In this document: positions 24,682 through 38,092 of the stretch, one piece after another | How positions within the stretch are numbered: position 1 is the first letter of the stretch | How the letters are laid out: each line of letters begins with the position of its first letter | From: Marsupella aquatica | Lineage: Eukaryota; Plantae; Marchantiophyta | Direction of reading: 5' to 3' | Assembly (NCBI GenBank): GCA_973895155.1 | Contig: OZ316891.1 | Coordinates: forward strand, 23,435,899-23,499,898 | DNA: 64,000 nucleotides | Program-made: the position numbers and the translations under genes | Notes under the pieces: model-generated | The model's database searches: none | Told to the model about the DNA's origin: nothing | What the model saw: only the letters and a program-made list of their open reading frames with translations

Positions 24682-27600
24682 TGTTAAGTTATGAAATATT
24701 CATACACCAACAAAAGATGATTGAATTTCCCTTAAGCCAATGTGGCTTATTTTATGTTGTACATTGGGGTAGTTGTAACTACCCTCTCCTAGTCTTGTGT
24801 CTCTTTATATCTAGGTATTGCATACCTCTTTGTATCATCATATGGACTAAGGGTTAAATATATTCTAACACTCCCCTTTGGTTACTTTATGTTTCTTAAA
24901 GTAACCATTTTGGAAATAAATTTAAGCCTAGTTCTAAGTATAATGGAAAAACTCATTGGGGTATGACCTCATTAAAACACCCCGCTTTCTTCTGGGGTAA
25001 AAAGAGTGTCACTACCTTACATGTAATGAGTTAAAACTAGTAAGAAAGGAGTGTAATCATGTATGGCTGAATCTAAACGAGTGTTCGATAGATGTGTCAA
25101 AATGTTCGAGTATGGAGAACATACGTGCAATAGAATATGCATAGAACAGAGGAGGTATCATGGGGAAACACAGTGTTGTCGTGTCGCAATGGAATAAGAA
25201 ATTTATGGAAGAGGTGGGGAAGTCAGATCGCAGTGAAGTCCGATAATCTACGGAGGCCTATTCCAATCAAATGCACTTCGTGAAGAATGCGAGGTAAGGG
25301 CTTCGTAAAAAGGTCAGCGCGATTATCTTTGGAAGGTATCCATTGAACGTTGATTTGGTCCCCGTGCTGTTCATGCGTGTGGAAACATTTGGGGGCAATA
25401 TGTTTGATTCGGTCGCCCTTGATAAAGCCCTTAACTATCTGATCAACACAAGGTTTGTTATCCTCGTAGATGATAGTAGGCTTGGTAAGAATTGCATGGC
25501 CTGTAGACGACTGGATGTGATTGATAAGCTGTCAAAGCCATAGGCATTCACGACTGGCTTCGTATAATGCTATGATTTCCGCGTGGTTGGAGGATGTGGT
25601 CGTCAAAGTCTGTTTGGTACTTTTCCAGGATATGGCTATATGTCCTTGTAGAAACACATATCCCGTTTGGGATTTTGCATCATCGGGGTCTGTAAGGTAA
25701 CCTACATCTGCGTAACCAATCAATTCGTTAGGTACATCTTTAGGGTAATAGAGGCCAGTGTCGATTGTACCTTGAAGGTAGCGCAGTATCCTCTTAATGC
25801 CATTCCAATGTCTAATAGTCGGTTGGGAGCTGTGGCGGGCAAGCAAGTGGACAGCAAAAGAGATGTATGGGCGAGTTTGATTCACCAGGTACATCAAGGC
25901 TCCTATAGTAGAGAGGTAAGGTTTCTCTGGGCCCAAGATTGGTTCGTGTTCGGTCGTGCGCTTATATAGATCTCTGGATGTGTCTGAAGATCGAATTTCC
26001 ATAGGTGTCGTGACTGGATAGCTTTTGTCCATGTTGAATTGTTTTAATAGTTTTCTGGTATATGTAGATTGATGAGTAAGAATACCGTTGGATAAATGTT
26101 CAAATTGAATGCCAATACAAAATAGGGGTTGACCAATATCCTTCATTTCGAATATGCTCTTAAGTGTGGTAATGGTTTGATCCATAATGAGTTTAGTACC
26201 CATTAGGTTAATGTCGTCAACATATATTGCTATGATTATAAATTCAGTGCCATGTCTTTTGATAAAAAGGCATGGAGCAATGTCCTCATTCACGAAACCA
26301 AGTGCAAGCATCTCAGCACGGAAACGTTTATACCAGATGCAGCCACTCTGATTTAAACCATAGAGTGACCTAAGAACCTATACAGCAAATGCTTTCTCTG
26401 GTTTCTTGGCTTTATTGATTCTGTGGTGAACAGGATTTACCTCAGCGAGTAAGTCAGTATAATTCAAGTGCGAATCCGTTGACTGTTCACCATTAGCAAT
26501 TTGCTTGGCCTTTTTATTTTTGACCGCTGATGAGTCATGTATTTCAGTAGGTATCATCTGGCCTGAGTGAACGAGGTGGTCCTTAAAGTCCGATGTAGGG
26601 ACAATCTTATCAATACCCGACTTTAGGTCCGGGGTTGGGGAGGTTGTATGCTCCCCCTTAATGTGGAAAATTACCCTCTGAATTAATTCAGGTGGAGCTT
26701 GCATTTGTATGTCAGTATCAAGTATACCGTAAAGGTAAGCAGTTATCACGTCCATAAGATGCATACGAATTTGATGTGTGAGGGCAAAAGCAATCAGATA
26801 TCGGTAGGAGTCCATGACTGGTGAATGAGTAAGGTCATAATCTTTGCCATATATTTGCGTGTAGCCTCTAGCCACAAGTCTGGCTTTGTAGTGGATTACT
26901 TCACCTGCGGCATTATGTTTGCGTATCAATATAATCCTATACCCAGTTAGGTGTTGTGCAGCAAGGACGATTCGGAGCTCTCCAAAAACTTGGCAAGATA
27001 TCAGAGAATCAAGCTCGGAGTTAATAGCAGAGTTCCATTTGGGCCAGTCTGGTCGTTGTTGTGCTTCTTTAATTGTCCGAGGGTCTGGTAAATCTTTAGT
27101 TATATCCTGGGATATAAGAAAGGCAAAATGCTCATCTGGTTTAGTTAAATTTTGATGCCATAAATGTCCAGTATGCATATAGTGGATGGATATTTCTTCA
27201 TTGTCATCCTGTATAATTGGCGGTAATTGTAAGGATAAATGTGTTGATACAAGTGTCTTCTGCCGTGGTCTAGAGTCTTTGGAACCTGAAGGTCTGCCTC
27301 GCTTAGCCTTGGGAGCGAGGTCTGTGGCTCGAGTATCTGGTATACGAATTCTTGCAAGAGTATTGGCTGCATCTATATGTGATTTTGTTACATTCGTAGC
27401 ATCATTAAATGCATCAGGTATTTTCTCCATAATTTGATGGAGATTCATAATGTGTTTCACTTCATCGTTTGTTAATTGAGTACAAGGATCATTCCAGAAT
27501 GGATCCTTTGTTGTCCATTCTAATGTGTGTGTTGAGACAGGCTGTTTGGAGAGTTGTGCTGGAGTTAGAAGTGGTGGGAAGATTTCTTCACAGAATTTAC

Positions 27601-29975
27601 AGTCCTGGTATCGAGCTCAAAACACATCAGCAGTGGTGGGTTTGAGATATCTTATTATCGAGGGAGAGTCGTAGCCAACATAGATGCCACGTCAACGATG
27701 TGGTCCCATCTTGGTGTGTTTGGGGCATTGAATTGTGATGCCCAGGACTTGACAGAAGTCATCAAATGCTGGTGATGTAAATTCGCCAGCATTATCAATT
27801 CGAATTATTTTGGTAGGAGAGTCAGGGAATTGAGTGCGAAGACGTATAAGCTGTGTTAGCAGTTTGGCAAAGACAAGGTTTCTTGTGGAAATTAAAGAAA
27901 TAGAGGATCATTTGGTTGAGGAGCATATCATTACTAGGAAAAACCTAAAAGGTCCACTCGGTGGATCAATAGGTCCGCAGACGTCCACATTGATCTGTGA
28001 GAGGAAGTCAGGGATTTGATAGGTGTTCTTAGTGGAAGCTGGATGAGTGATAAATTTACCTTGTGCATAGGGGATGCAAGTGTCTAACTTCGTGGATGGG
28101 TGTACTCCTTTTGGTATGCCAATGGTGTTCTTCATAATTTTATGGTACATCCCTAGGCCTGGGTGGCCGAGGCGGATATGCCATAATTCTGTGGGGGATA
28201 ATTGTTGTTGTTGGGAATTGTAAGATATGATCTTAGTGGCATAAACGCCGGGGGGATGGAGTGGTAATGTCTCTAGTGTAATAGGGCCATTATCAGTTTC
28301 TCGAAAAATCTGTAGAGAGTTTATGTGGTTGTCGGGTGCAAAGCGTATATGGAGGTAGTTTTGGCGGACATCATGGAAACTTAGTAAGTTCCGTGTTGCG
28401 AGTGGGGCATATATGGCAGATGCAATTTTAATGGTTGTGCCTTGAGGAAGGGCAAGTTGGGCAGGTCCATGACCTTCCTCTAATTGGTTTATACCTGTGA
28501 TAGTAGTCACAGGTCTATTTGATGGGTATATGTGCTGGAAATAACATTTGTCTTTTAGGATTGAGTGAGAAGTGCCGCTGTCAAGAATGCAAATATCAGC
28601 ACCGGCGAAAGATGTGTCATTCGCTTCATGTGATACTATATGAACCTCTGGTGGGGGAGGTGCAAGCGTGTATTTGGAGAGATCGTCATCGATCTCCAAG
28701 TGATGTGCGGCTGTTAAGGTGTTGGATGTTGTGAGGGTGGCCTGGTATAGTTTGACTAGGTGAGCTTGAATTCTGCAATTATGTTGGATATGCCCTGTCC
28801 CACCGCAACGGAAACACTTGGGCTGATTATTTGTGGGATAATTCTGTGCAGGTTTATTTGGCATATGATTGGGGTTACGATGCCAAGAATTCATAGGAGG
28901 CTTGAAGATTTTGCCTTTGTCTGTGCAAAATTGTTGTCTCTTGTGGAATTTATTAAAACGACTTGGATTGCCTTTAAATTGGCCACGGGGTCGATTGTAA
29001 GAGGAACTACCTCTAGTGGTATTCGTGAATTGTATTTCTGGTTTAGGAAGCGTGCCTGGTGGTCGCTCGCGAGAGTTCCTCAAAAGGAGGAGGTCATTCT
29101 TTTCAGCCAGGAGCATGACTGCAATCAAATCTGAGAATTGGGTGAAATGGCGTTGTCTATAAATCTGCGATAACTGCATGTTTGCTGCCAAGAATGTAGA
29201 AAGAGTCTTTTCGATCTTTGTTGCTTCATCGATTGGTTCGCCGCAGGCTGCTAACTGAGCAGTTATCCAAAATAAGGCGCTATTGAATTTGGCAATTGTA
29301 GGGTAGTCTAGAACTTGTAAATGAATCCATTCATTTTGTGCAGCCGGTAGGGAAATTAGATGCAGATGGTCGAATCTCAATTTGAGAGCGTCCCATAGGG
29401 CTCGGGGATTAAACTCTGTAAGGTATTCAAGTTATAGTTCGGCAACGAGGTGATGGCGAATGATATACAGTGCCTGAGCCTTTAGTTGTAATGTGCCATT
29501 GTTATCTGCTAAGATAATGTCGCCGAGGCCTTTCATGTTGAGAACAATTTCTGTATTCTGTGCCCAAGATAAATAATTGTCGCCATCTGTTGCGAGCAAT
29601 GGGAATTGGAGCTTCTCCAATGTTGTCATAGTCGACAAAATTTTTGTGGTGTACTTGGCAAAAGAAAAGAAATTTGTCTTGGGGAATTTTGTTCGATGCT
29701 TTGTTCACATGAATAGGGAAAAATTCACAAGAGGCCTATAAGTAGCTCGAGAGTCGTTGGAGGAGCAAAATCATGTGTTGATAACGTGTTAAGTTATGAA
29801 ATATTCATACACCAACAAAAGATGATTGAATTTCCCTTAAGCCAATGTGGCTTATTTTATGTTGTACATTGGGGTAGTTGTAACTACCCTCTCCTAGTCT
29901 TGTGTCTCTTTATATCTAGGTATTGCATACCTCTTTGTATCATCATATGGACTAAGGGTTAAATATATTCTAATA
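24682..29975 (-). mobile_element. Ty1/copia retrotransposon, Bianca-like, with both LTRs
   Basis: 189-bp LTRs at 24682-24870 and 29787-29975 (one mismatch seen). TSD GGTTT. PBS CGTTATCAACAC; PPT at 24871-24879. Confidence 0.95.
25240..29638 (-). pseudogene. gag-PR-INT-RT-RNaseH polyprotein, with stops and an internal integrase deletion near 27740
   Basis: MTTLEKLQF gag, CFRCGGTGHIQHNC, ILDSGTSH, WHIRLGHPG, DVCGPIDPPSG, YKARLVARG and YVDD. Confidence 0.92.
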
Positions 29976-29980
29976 GGTTT

Positions 29981-30050
29981 CTTGTTTCCTGTCATCGTTT
30001 CCTGTTTTGGGTTTCCTGTTTTCTTGTTTCCTGTCTTATGTAAATACCCC
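29981..30050. mobile_element. Right terminus of another GGGTA/TACCC-family MULE (body probably ~23800-24676), split by the copia and truncating the gypsy protease region
   Basis: TTTCCTGT repeats ending ATGTAAATACCCC, like 5381-5392 and 35886-35897. GCGCCTGGCGCTA-like motifs at 24146, 24385 and 24546. Confidence 0.6.
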
Positions 30051-33000
30051 CCTCCTATCTCTGTCTTGATGCCGGTTAACACTCCCATGGGAATGACCTG
30101 ATACCCATTGGCCATGTTCAACACTCTTCCAGTCATCTTTGGTGTTAGACCCCACCCTTTTGCTGTTGAATCAATCATAATACATACCCCTGATCCTCCA
30201 TCGATGGGTATCCGTAGTAATATTTCTCCTTGAATCATTAATGGTAATGCTGGGGCTCCTTGATCTTCTTCTATCATCAGCACGTCGGATCTGGTTTCTA
30301 CCTTGGGTAATCTTGGCTTGCCGAGAATGGCCTTCCTTAATTGTTTCCAAAAGTATGGGCTATTTTTCAATAGTTGACCTACTGTTGCTGAGACTCTAGA
30401 TTCTAGTATGTCTTTAGCCAGGTCATAGAAGACTATCGACTTCTCTTCTGGCGGTGTCTCTCTATTGGCTTCGACCTGTTTTGTCACGCTGGTTTCCACA
30501 GCTCTTGGATCTTCCGAAGCAAACAACGCTTTTGCTCGTTTCACATCCTTGGCTATGGATTTGGTATTCTCTAGGGTTTCTAATTCTCGCAGTTGTTCCT
30601 TGACACTAGCCGTGATAGATGGGTAGAACAACTTAGGGTGATCTCGATTGAAGTTACTATCCTGTGAAGGATTGGGCTCACTGGTGGGCTCATGGTTTAC
30701 CTATGTTGCCGGCGCCCTTCCTTCTCTTTCCATTGATGTTGACGAAGAGTCGATGTTTTCTTCTTTAACCTTCCCTTTATTTTTGGCCAGCCCATCCCAC
30801 CTTTCCTTCCTTCTGGTGGATCGAGTAGAGACCCGGTAGCAATCATGATCCAAATCCTCTTCTGAAAATGTTGATAGGGCCTCGGCCTCATCATCAGATG
30901 GTCCAAACTCTGCCTCGGCATCCACTTGCCATCCGAGTTTGATGTGGTTGATTTGAACTCCTCCTGGGGTAGTACCTGGCGGCAAGACCTTGACCGGCAA
31001 GAGCTTATGATTTGCGGCCAGTCCTGCCAACCAAGTAGGACATTGTCCTAGCATGTGACCCTCCTATCGGCATCCCATACATAGCTGAGCTGGCTGTCCA
31101 TCACCTTGTTTGCGTGCATTCGGGCATTCTCTAGCAAAATTGTTGGGTATTTACTCTTACGTCTAGGTTAGGTATGACGTGGTTGGTACAACAACGTGGG
31201 TTGGTACAACTACGTGGTTAGGTACAACTACGTGATTAGGTACAACTATGTGGTTAGGTACAACTACGTGATTAGGTACAACTATGTGGTTAGGTACAAC
31301 TACGTGATTAGGTACAACTATGTGGTTAGGTACAACTATGTGGTTAGGTACAACTAAGTTGCACACTATATCATAAGAGGCATGTGTGCTTGGAGAGGTA
31401 GAACCAAGGCTCATTGTTATGGAGCCACTTGAGAGATAGGGAGAGCTTACACTGTGGAGACTCGGTATAGCCGACGGGCTTAGAGTTTAGTAAAGCTCTC
31501 TTGTGTATTCCCGTGGACGTAGCCTCAAGGAGGTGAACCACGTATCTCTTGTGTCGACTATTGTGCGTTGGATGGTTCATGGGCTTGCCGTTGCGATCGT
31601 CGTCTATGCTCAACAAAAATGGCCAGGTTGACCACAATTATAGCATGCCGCAAATCTTTGCACATTTGGCCTAGGAGGTACTAACGGATTCTGAATAATC
31701 CAAGGATAATCTCTCCCGGATTGTTCCTTAATCCTGACCAGAGAGATGCAGGTCGGTTGGATAGGTCTCGTGCTCTGGACAGTCTCATTGATGCCGAAAA
31801 CACTATCAGTGGCATCCCCTAGAAAGTACTCTACTTCTCCCTGACATGGTCTGACCTCAGCCACATGCCGAACATGACTAGTATTAAGTTTAGGACATGT
31901 GTCTTTATGGTGTCCGGTTTTATAACATAAGGCACACCATACAAAGCTATCCTCGAGTACTACTTTCTTCTTGGGCTTTACCTCTGCTATTATAGCCTTA
32001 AGCTGCTCGGTAAGAGCTACAATGTTATCTGGTGTTTTAGCTTCTAGCTTGACTTTCAACTTCCCCCTCCTTCCACCCTTCTTTTTCCAAGATTTTTCTT
32101 CTTCAGAACTAGAAGATGACTCACTCTTGCTACTTCCACTATCCGAGCTTGAGTTATCACTTCTTGACTTCTTAGAATGTTTCTTTTTCTTATCTTTTTT
32201 CTTATGGGGTGATCCTTCCTCCGATGAGGAACTCTCAGACTTGAGCCGTTTTTTCCGGCTTGTGATATTTGCATTAATGTACAATTGAATATCTCTAATT
32301 GCCTCTGCTAAAGTCTCTGGGTTCTCCTTCCTAATTGCAAAACTCATCTTCTGTGGCAAAGCATTCACCAACCATTGAAGTTGCATACCTTCAGATGCAT
32401 TGGTTTTTGTATGTCTTACCAGCTTTTGGAAACATTGCAAGAACTTCCTGAAGGATTTGTTTTCCTTGAACCAAAGTCGTCCCAACTTCAGCACTGCTAG
32501 CTCTGAGGTTCCATTGGGTCAAAACTCCTTAACAAATAGTGTTTTGAAGGTATGCCAGATGGCTTGATCTTCCACATCCAATGCTCTGTACCAAGGCCTA
32601 GCCTCACCCTTGAACAGGTCGGGAAGAATTTGCATCTTGATGGCCGATTTTCCATTTGCTGCAGCGGTTCCCTCAAAGTCATCCAACCATTCATCCAGAT
32701 CCTCATCTCCTCTCCCATGAAATGCCTTGTAATGAATGCACGACCGTTGGCTCAGTCTGGTCCCTGGCCTCTCGTCTGGCCATGCCTCTGGTTCCCCCAT
32801 GTCGGCTGGGGACTCGCTTCTCCTTACCGACTCTTCTTCTAGTATGTCTTCTTCGACGCCACTTTCAGTTTCAGAGCTACCAGCTCTTTCTGCCCCTCTC
32901 AATCGTTGTGTATCATGCCACCCGGCGAGCTGCTGCAGACGAGCTCTCTCTCATTGAATCGCTCTTTCCTCCCTCGGCGTAGGTTCAGTCATTACCTACG

Positions 33001-33193
33001 CTTCTTTCCTAACTTCATATCTCACGGCTTAAGAAATGCCCCCTCCATCTATCGCCAAAAATGTGGTGCATCCCATGGCTCCCTAAACCCAAGAAACCCC
33101 CTGTACAAGCCGATTCCCGCAGGTTTTGCTCTCGGCGAGGCCGGTTCCGCGGCTTAGCGGCATGGGACGCTGCTAAACTCCTTTACTACTATT
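30051..33193 (-). mobile_element. Ty3/gypsy (Tat/Phygy-like) 5' part: LTR end (33062), PBS TGGCGATAG, degenerate gag with Zn knuckles and protease
   Basis: FHGRGDEDLDEWLDDFE, CALCYKTGHHKDTC, CYNCGQPGHF and PIDGGSG. High identity to the plus-strand copy at 35130-38350. Confidence 0.9.
31141..31615 (+). mobile_element. Copia-type solo LTR (475 bp) with an 18-bp tandem array, inserted in a gag Zn knuckle
   Basis: TGTTG...CAACA ends; TSD AAAAT. CCCGTGGACGTAG...GAACCACGTA motif. GGTTAGGTACAACTA(C/T)GT x~10. Confidence 0.92.
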
Positions 33194-34626
33194 TGTTGTG
33201 AGACAAGGTTTTTGATCATAATAATAGATCACTCACTCCATTAAGCTAAGGTATGGCTTTATATAGCCATTGGGTTACATCATATAAGGTTAAAGGTAAC
33301 CTTATTCTAGGGTTAAAGAGTAAACTATGGTTTACAACACTCCCCCTTGGTTAGTTTATGGGTGTGTAAAGTAACCACAGTTTTAACCCTAGGATATCAG
33401 TAATTGGTATTCCCATTGATGTAGCCTCATTAAAACCTTGCCGCTTTCTTCTCAAGGAAAGAGTACTACCATCATTACATATTGGGATCCAATTGGTCCG
33501 TTTTGGATATCATATTTGTATTTTGTCTAAAAATATGTTTCTTATGAATGTGTATGGTCATTCATTCTATAGATTTGTTATACTACGGGTATTTATAATT
33601 TTCCTATACTATCCGATGGTTCGTATAATGTCGATTCTGTAGGTCTTTGTTTTATTGACGACCTAACTTAGCTATGTGTTGTGCTTTCTCCAAGATGACT
33701 TTTTTAAGTTCGTAAGATCTTTGTCGTAAGTCGTCGGATGGGGGAAAAGCTTGGCTTGTGAGCTGTGCATTGCTAGCATGTCCGATCGAGCCGTCAGGTG
33801 TTATGCATCTTGATCTGCTGTGTATTTGAAGATCCTTCATTCGGGTGGATCGCCTTCGCTCTTATGTGTTAGTACGAGTCTTCTATCGATTCATGGTGTG
33901 GCCTTCATGGTGGTGGCATGTTGAGTGTTGGCGATCTGTATCATAGTAACAGTGATGGACGAAGAAAAAAATGATGAAGTGAAAGTTATGAACGGGGTTT
34001 CAGTGGGGGTTGCAAACCTCTAATATGAGCTGCTTTGCGCTGGTTCTTTCAGTTTTGTTTGTCAATAGTTGGATTGCTCGTGTTGGCATTTGTAGTTTAT
34101 GCACTTTTCGTTAAGGATTGTATGTCATGGCTTTCATGGAGTAATGTTGATAGCTTTTTCATACCTATGCCTGTGATGTGGTCTCGATGAGTTCCTGCAG
34201 GTAGAGGTTTTGTAAATATATCTGCCCTGTTGTCCTGTGATCAAATCCATTCTACTTGTATGTTTTTGCCTTGCTGTTCTTGGGTAAAGAAGAACTTGGG
34301 ATCGATGTGCTTTGTTATTTTGGTTTTCATAATGCCGTTGACAATTTGGTCTATGCAGGCTTTGTTGTCCTCATATATTATTGTAGGTTCTATTATCTTT
34401 GACTTGCCCGTGCTGGTCCTGATGTGGTTAATGATACTTCTTAACCATAGGGCTTCTCTGCATGCCTCGTATAATGCTATGACTTTTGAATGATTCGATG
34501 ATGTGGTTGTCATCGTTTGCTTTGTGCTACGCTAGGATATTGCAGTGGTGCCTTGCAGGAAGACATAGCCCGTTTGTGATTTTGAGTCTTGGGGTCAGAT
34601 AGGTATCCAACATCTGTGTATCCTGC
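33194..34626 (-). mobile_element. 3' fragment of a Bianca-like copia (RNase H, PPT, 146-bp 3' LTR 33194-33339)
   Basis: TTSSNHSKVIALYEACRE, YEDNKACI and TKHIDPKFF; PPT AAGGGGGAG. LTR is similar to 59373-59512. Confidence 0.9.
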
Positions 34627-35607
34627 GTGAGAAGGACGACCAGCTCAACCAGACTTATGCCAAGATGAATAAGATGGAGTCTGAGGGATAAATACCTGGG
34701 CAACAGGGAGTCCAGGGCCTCTTCTGTAACAAGTTTTTAGTTGCACCAGCAGCGCTGGGATCAAGTAGTAAGAGAAGCTCTTGGTTAGTTATACAGTGAC
34801 CCTTGTGTATATTCATGTTTCCTCATGCCTAAGAACTGAATAGAGTTGGCCTCATGGCTTAGTTCGCAGAGCTTGTGTATGAGATGTACTGTTTGTATGG
34901 CAAGTGCATGGTATAACTCAGTCAGAAGGAGTCATTTTGCTATTTGTGTGTCGCATTAACTTGTGTGAAGAGTGCCCACATCAATGAAGGGAAGTAGCAA
35001 GGGAGTGAGAGTTGGATGTGTCGAGCTCAGAGAGGTCTTAGCGGCTTAACCAAACCAATTGGGGATCATTCTGGCGGCGGAATCCAAACATACCTAATGG
35101 AAGACCAGGAGAAAAATACAAGGGAAGGCCTAGAATAGGCCGGCTAAGTATCTCATGACCCAATGAAGGATCTGTCCAGTATATGTGTGTAAAATGTTAA
35201 TAGTAGTAGAAGGAGAGTTAGCAGCGTCCCATGCCGCTAAGCCACGGAAACGGCCTCGCCGAGGATGAAACCTGCGGGAATCGGCTTGAGCAAGGGGGTT
35301 TTCTTGGGTTTGGGGAACCATGGGACGCACCACATTTTTGGCGCTAGATGGAGGGGGCATTTCTTAAGACGTGAGATATGAAGTTAGGAAGGAAGCGTGG
35401 GTAATGACTGAACCTATGCCAAGAGAGGAAAGAGCGATTCAACGGGAGAGAGCTCGTCTGCAGCAGCTCACCGGGTGGCATGATACACAACGACTGAGAG
35501 GGGCAGAAAGAGCTAGTAGCTCTGTAATTGAAAGTGGCATCGAAGAAGACATACCAGAAGAAGAATTGGTAAGGAGAAGTGAGTCTCCAACCGACATGGG
35601 GGAACCA

Positions 35608-35897
35608 GGGTATGGCCCGCGTGACAGTAAACAGGAAACAGGTTTACTGGTACCAGGAAAATTTTTCCTGTTACCAGCAAAAAGTTACTGTTACCAGCAA
35701 AAACAACCATGTCAAAATATTTTCTAAAAATTCTCATTTTCCAAAAAAATTTAAGTTACAACATTTTTTGGCTAGCTTTGGGCGCTAGCAAATAAAATTT
35801 CAAAAAAAAATTTCAAAAAAAATTACCACTCATTTTCCTGTTACCAGTTTCTGTTTTCTATTATTGTTTGTTGTTTCCTATCGTTTATAAATACCCC
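35608..35897. mobile_element. Mutator-like MITE, GGGTA...TACCC family (290 bp)
   Basis: 9-bp TSD GGGGAACCA at 35599-35607 and 35898-35906. The empty site is present in the paralog near 32790. Confidence 0.93.
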
Positions 35898-36076
35898 GGG
35901 GAACCAGAGGCACGGCCAGACGAGAGGCCAGGGACCAGACTGAGCCAATGGTCGCGTATTAATTACAAGGCCTTTCATGGAAGAGGAGATGAGGATCCGG
36001 ACAAATGGTTGGATGACTTTGAAGGAACCACTGCAGCAAATGGAGAATCGGCCATCAAGATGCAAATTCTTCCCGG

Positions 36077-36372
36077 CTCGGGGATTTCACTTCCACAAAA
36101 ATGGCATGTCACGTGCGACAAAGTATAGGGTCATTTTATTGGTTCAAAGGGAAGACTTAAGAATTTTCTGAGAAGAACAATAGGGTCTTTTAAATCCAAT
36201 TTTGAGACTTATAAGAACATTAGGGTCCTTATAACCAAATGTCTGGAATATTCCAAGAATATTCCAACTTTATAGGGGTTGAATTTATTTTTTAATTCTT
36301 ACATTTTAGGGGGTCTGAGGCCTAAAAACGTCACAGGTGATTGGGAGGCATCCGTATAGTGAGACCACTGAG
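36077..36372 (-). mobile_element. MITE with CTCGGGG-type TIRs and 8-bp TSD (296 bp)
   Basis: TSD CTTCCCGG / CTTCCCAG. Ends are homologous to 37765-38092 in the opposite orientation; empty site near 32620. Confidence 0.85.
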
Positions 36373-37764
36373 CTTCCCAGCCTGTTCAAGGATGAGGCTA
36401 GGCCTTGGTATAGAGCATTGGACGTGGAAGATCAAGCCATCTGGAATACTTTCAGATCACTATTTGTCAAGGAGTTTTGACCCATTGGAACTTCAGAGTT
36501 AGCAGTGCTGAAGTTGGGACGACTTTGGTTCAAGGAGAACAAATCTTTCAGGAAGTTCCTGCAACGCTTTCAAAAGCTGGTAAGACGTACCAAGACCAAT
36601 GCATCTTAAGGTATGCAACTTCAATGGTTAGTGAATGCTTTGCCACAGAAGATGAGTTTTGCAATTAGGAAGGAGAATCCAGAGACTTTAGCCGAGGCAA
36701 TTAGAGATATTCAATTATACATTAATGCAGATATCACAAGCCGAAAGAAACAGCTTAAGTTTGAGAGTTCCTCATCGGAGGAAGGATCAACCCATAAGAA
36801 AAACTATAAGAAAAAGAAACATTCTAAGAAGTCAAGAAGTGATAACTCAAGCTCGGATAGTGGAGGTAGCAAGAGTGAGTCATCTTCTAGTTGTGAAGAA
36901 GAAAAAACTAGGAAAAGGAAGGGCAGAAGGAGGGGAAAGATGAAAGTCAAGATAGAGGCTAAAACACCAAATAACATCATAGCCCTTACCGAGCAGCTTA
37001 AGGCTATAATAGCAGAGGTAAAACCGAAGAAGAAGGTAGTACAAGAGGATAGCTATGTATGGTGTGCCTTATGTTATAAAACCGGACACCATAAAGATGC
37101 GTGTCCTAAACTTAATACTAGTCATGTTTGGCATGTGGCTGAGGTCAGACCATGTCAGGGAGAAGTAGAGTACTTTTTAGGGGATGCCGCTGATAGTGTT
37201 TTTGGCATCAGTGAGACTGGAGCACAAGACCTATCCAACAGACCTCCTAGGCCGAATGTGCAAAGATTTGCGGCATGCTATAATTGTGGTCAACCTGGTC
37301 ATTTTGCTAGAGAATGCCCGAATGCACGCAAACAAGGTGATGGACAACCAGCTCAGCTATGTATGGGATGCCGACAGGAGGGCCGCCTGCTAGGACAATG
37401 TCCTACGTGGCTGGCAGGCCTGGCCGCAAATCATAAGCTCTTGCCAGTCAAGGTCTTGCCACCAGGTACTACCCCCGGAGGAGCTCAAATCAACCACATC
37501 AAACTCGGATGGCAAACGGATGCCGAGGCAGAGTTCGGACCATCTGATGATGAGGCCAAGGCCCTATCAACCTTCTCAGAGGAGGATTTGGATCATGATT
37601 GCTACCGGGTCTCTACTCGATCTACCAGAAGGAAGGAAAGGTGGGATCGGCTGGCCAAAAATAAAGGGAAGGATAAGGAAGAAAGAATTGACTCTTCGTC
37701 AACATCAACACAAGGGAAAGGAAAGGCGCCAGCAACACAGGTAAGCCATGAGCCCACTAGTGAG

Positions 37765-38092
37765 CTCGGGGGGGTCACTATATGGAGGGTCATACATCGC
37801 GTGCGACGTTTTAGGGTTTGACCCCCCTAACTTTAAAGTGAAAAATATTTTTTTGCAAAGCCCTTTCTTTCTTAAAATTTTGTCATTTTTTATTAAAAAA
37901 CCCCTAAAAACTTTATAGAAAGTATTTTTTGCAATTAAATAGGCCTATGTGTTCTTTAAAGTCGACCAATCAATAAAACATGCCCTATGTGTTCTTCCAC
38001 CAAACTTTGGAAGTCTTCCGCCACACCCATTTAAATGGGCCTATACTTCGTCGCACGTGATGTGTCACTTCCGTGGAAGTGACCCCCCCGAG
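37765..38092 (+). mobile_element. MITE with perfect 15-bp TIR CTCGGGGGGGTCACT and 8-bp TSD (328 bp)
   Basis: TSD CTAGTGAG at 37757-37764 and 38093-38100; empty site near 30680. Confidence 0.95.

Noticed and set aside
31163-31414. VVPNH-repeat protein
   Set aside because: Translation of an 18-bp tandem array inside a solo LTR.
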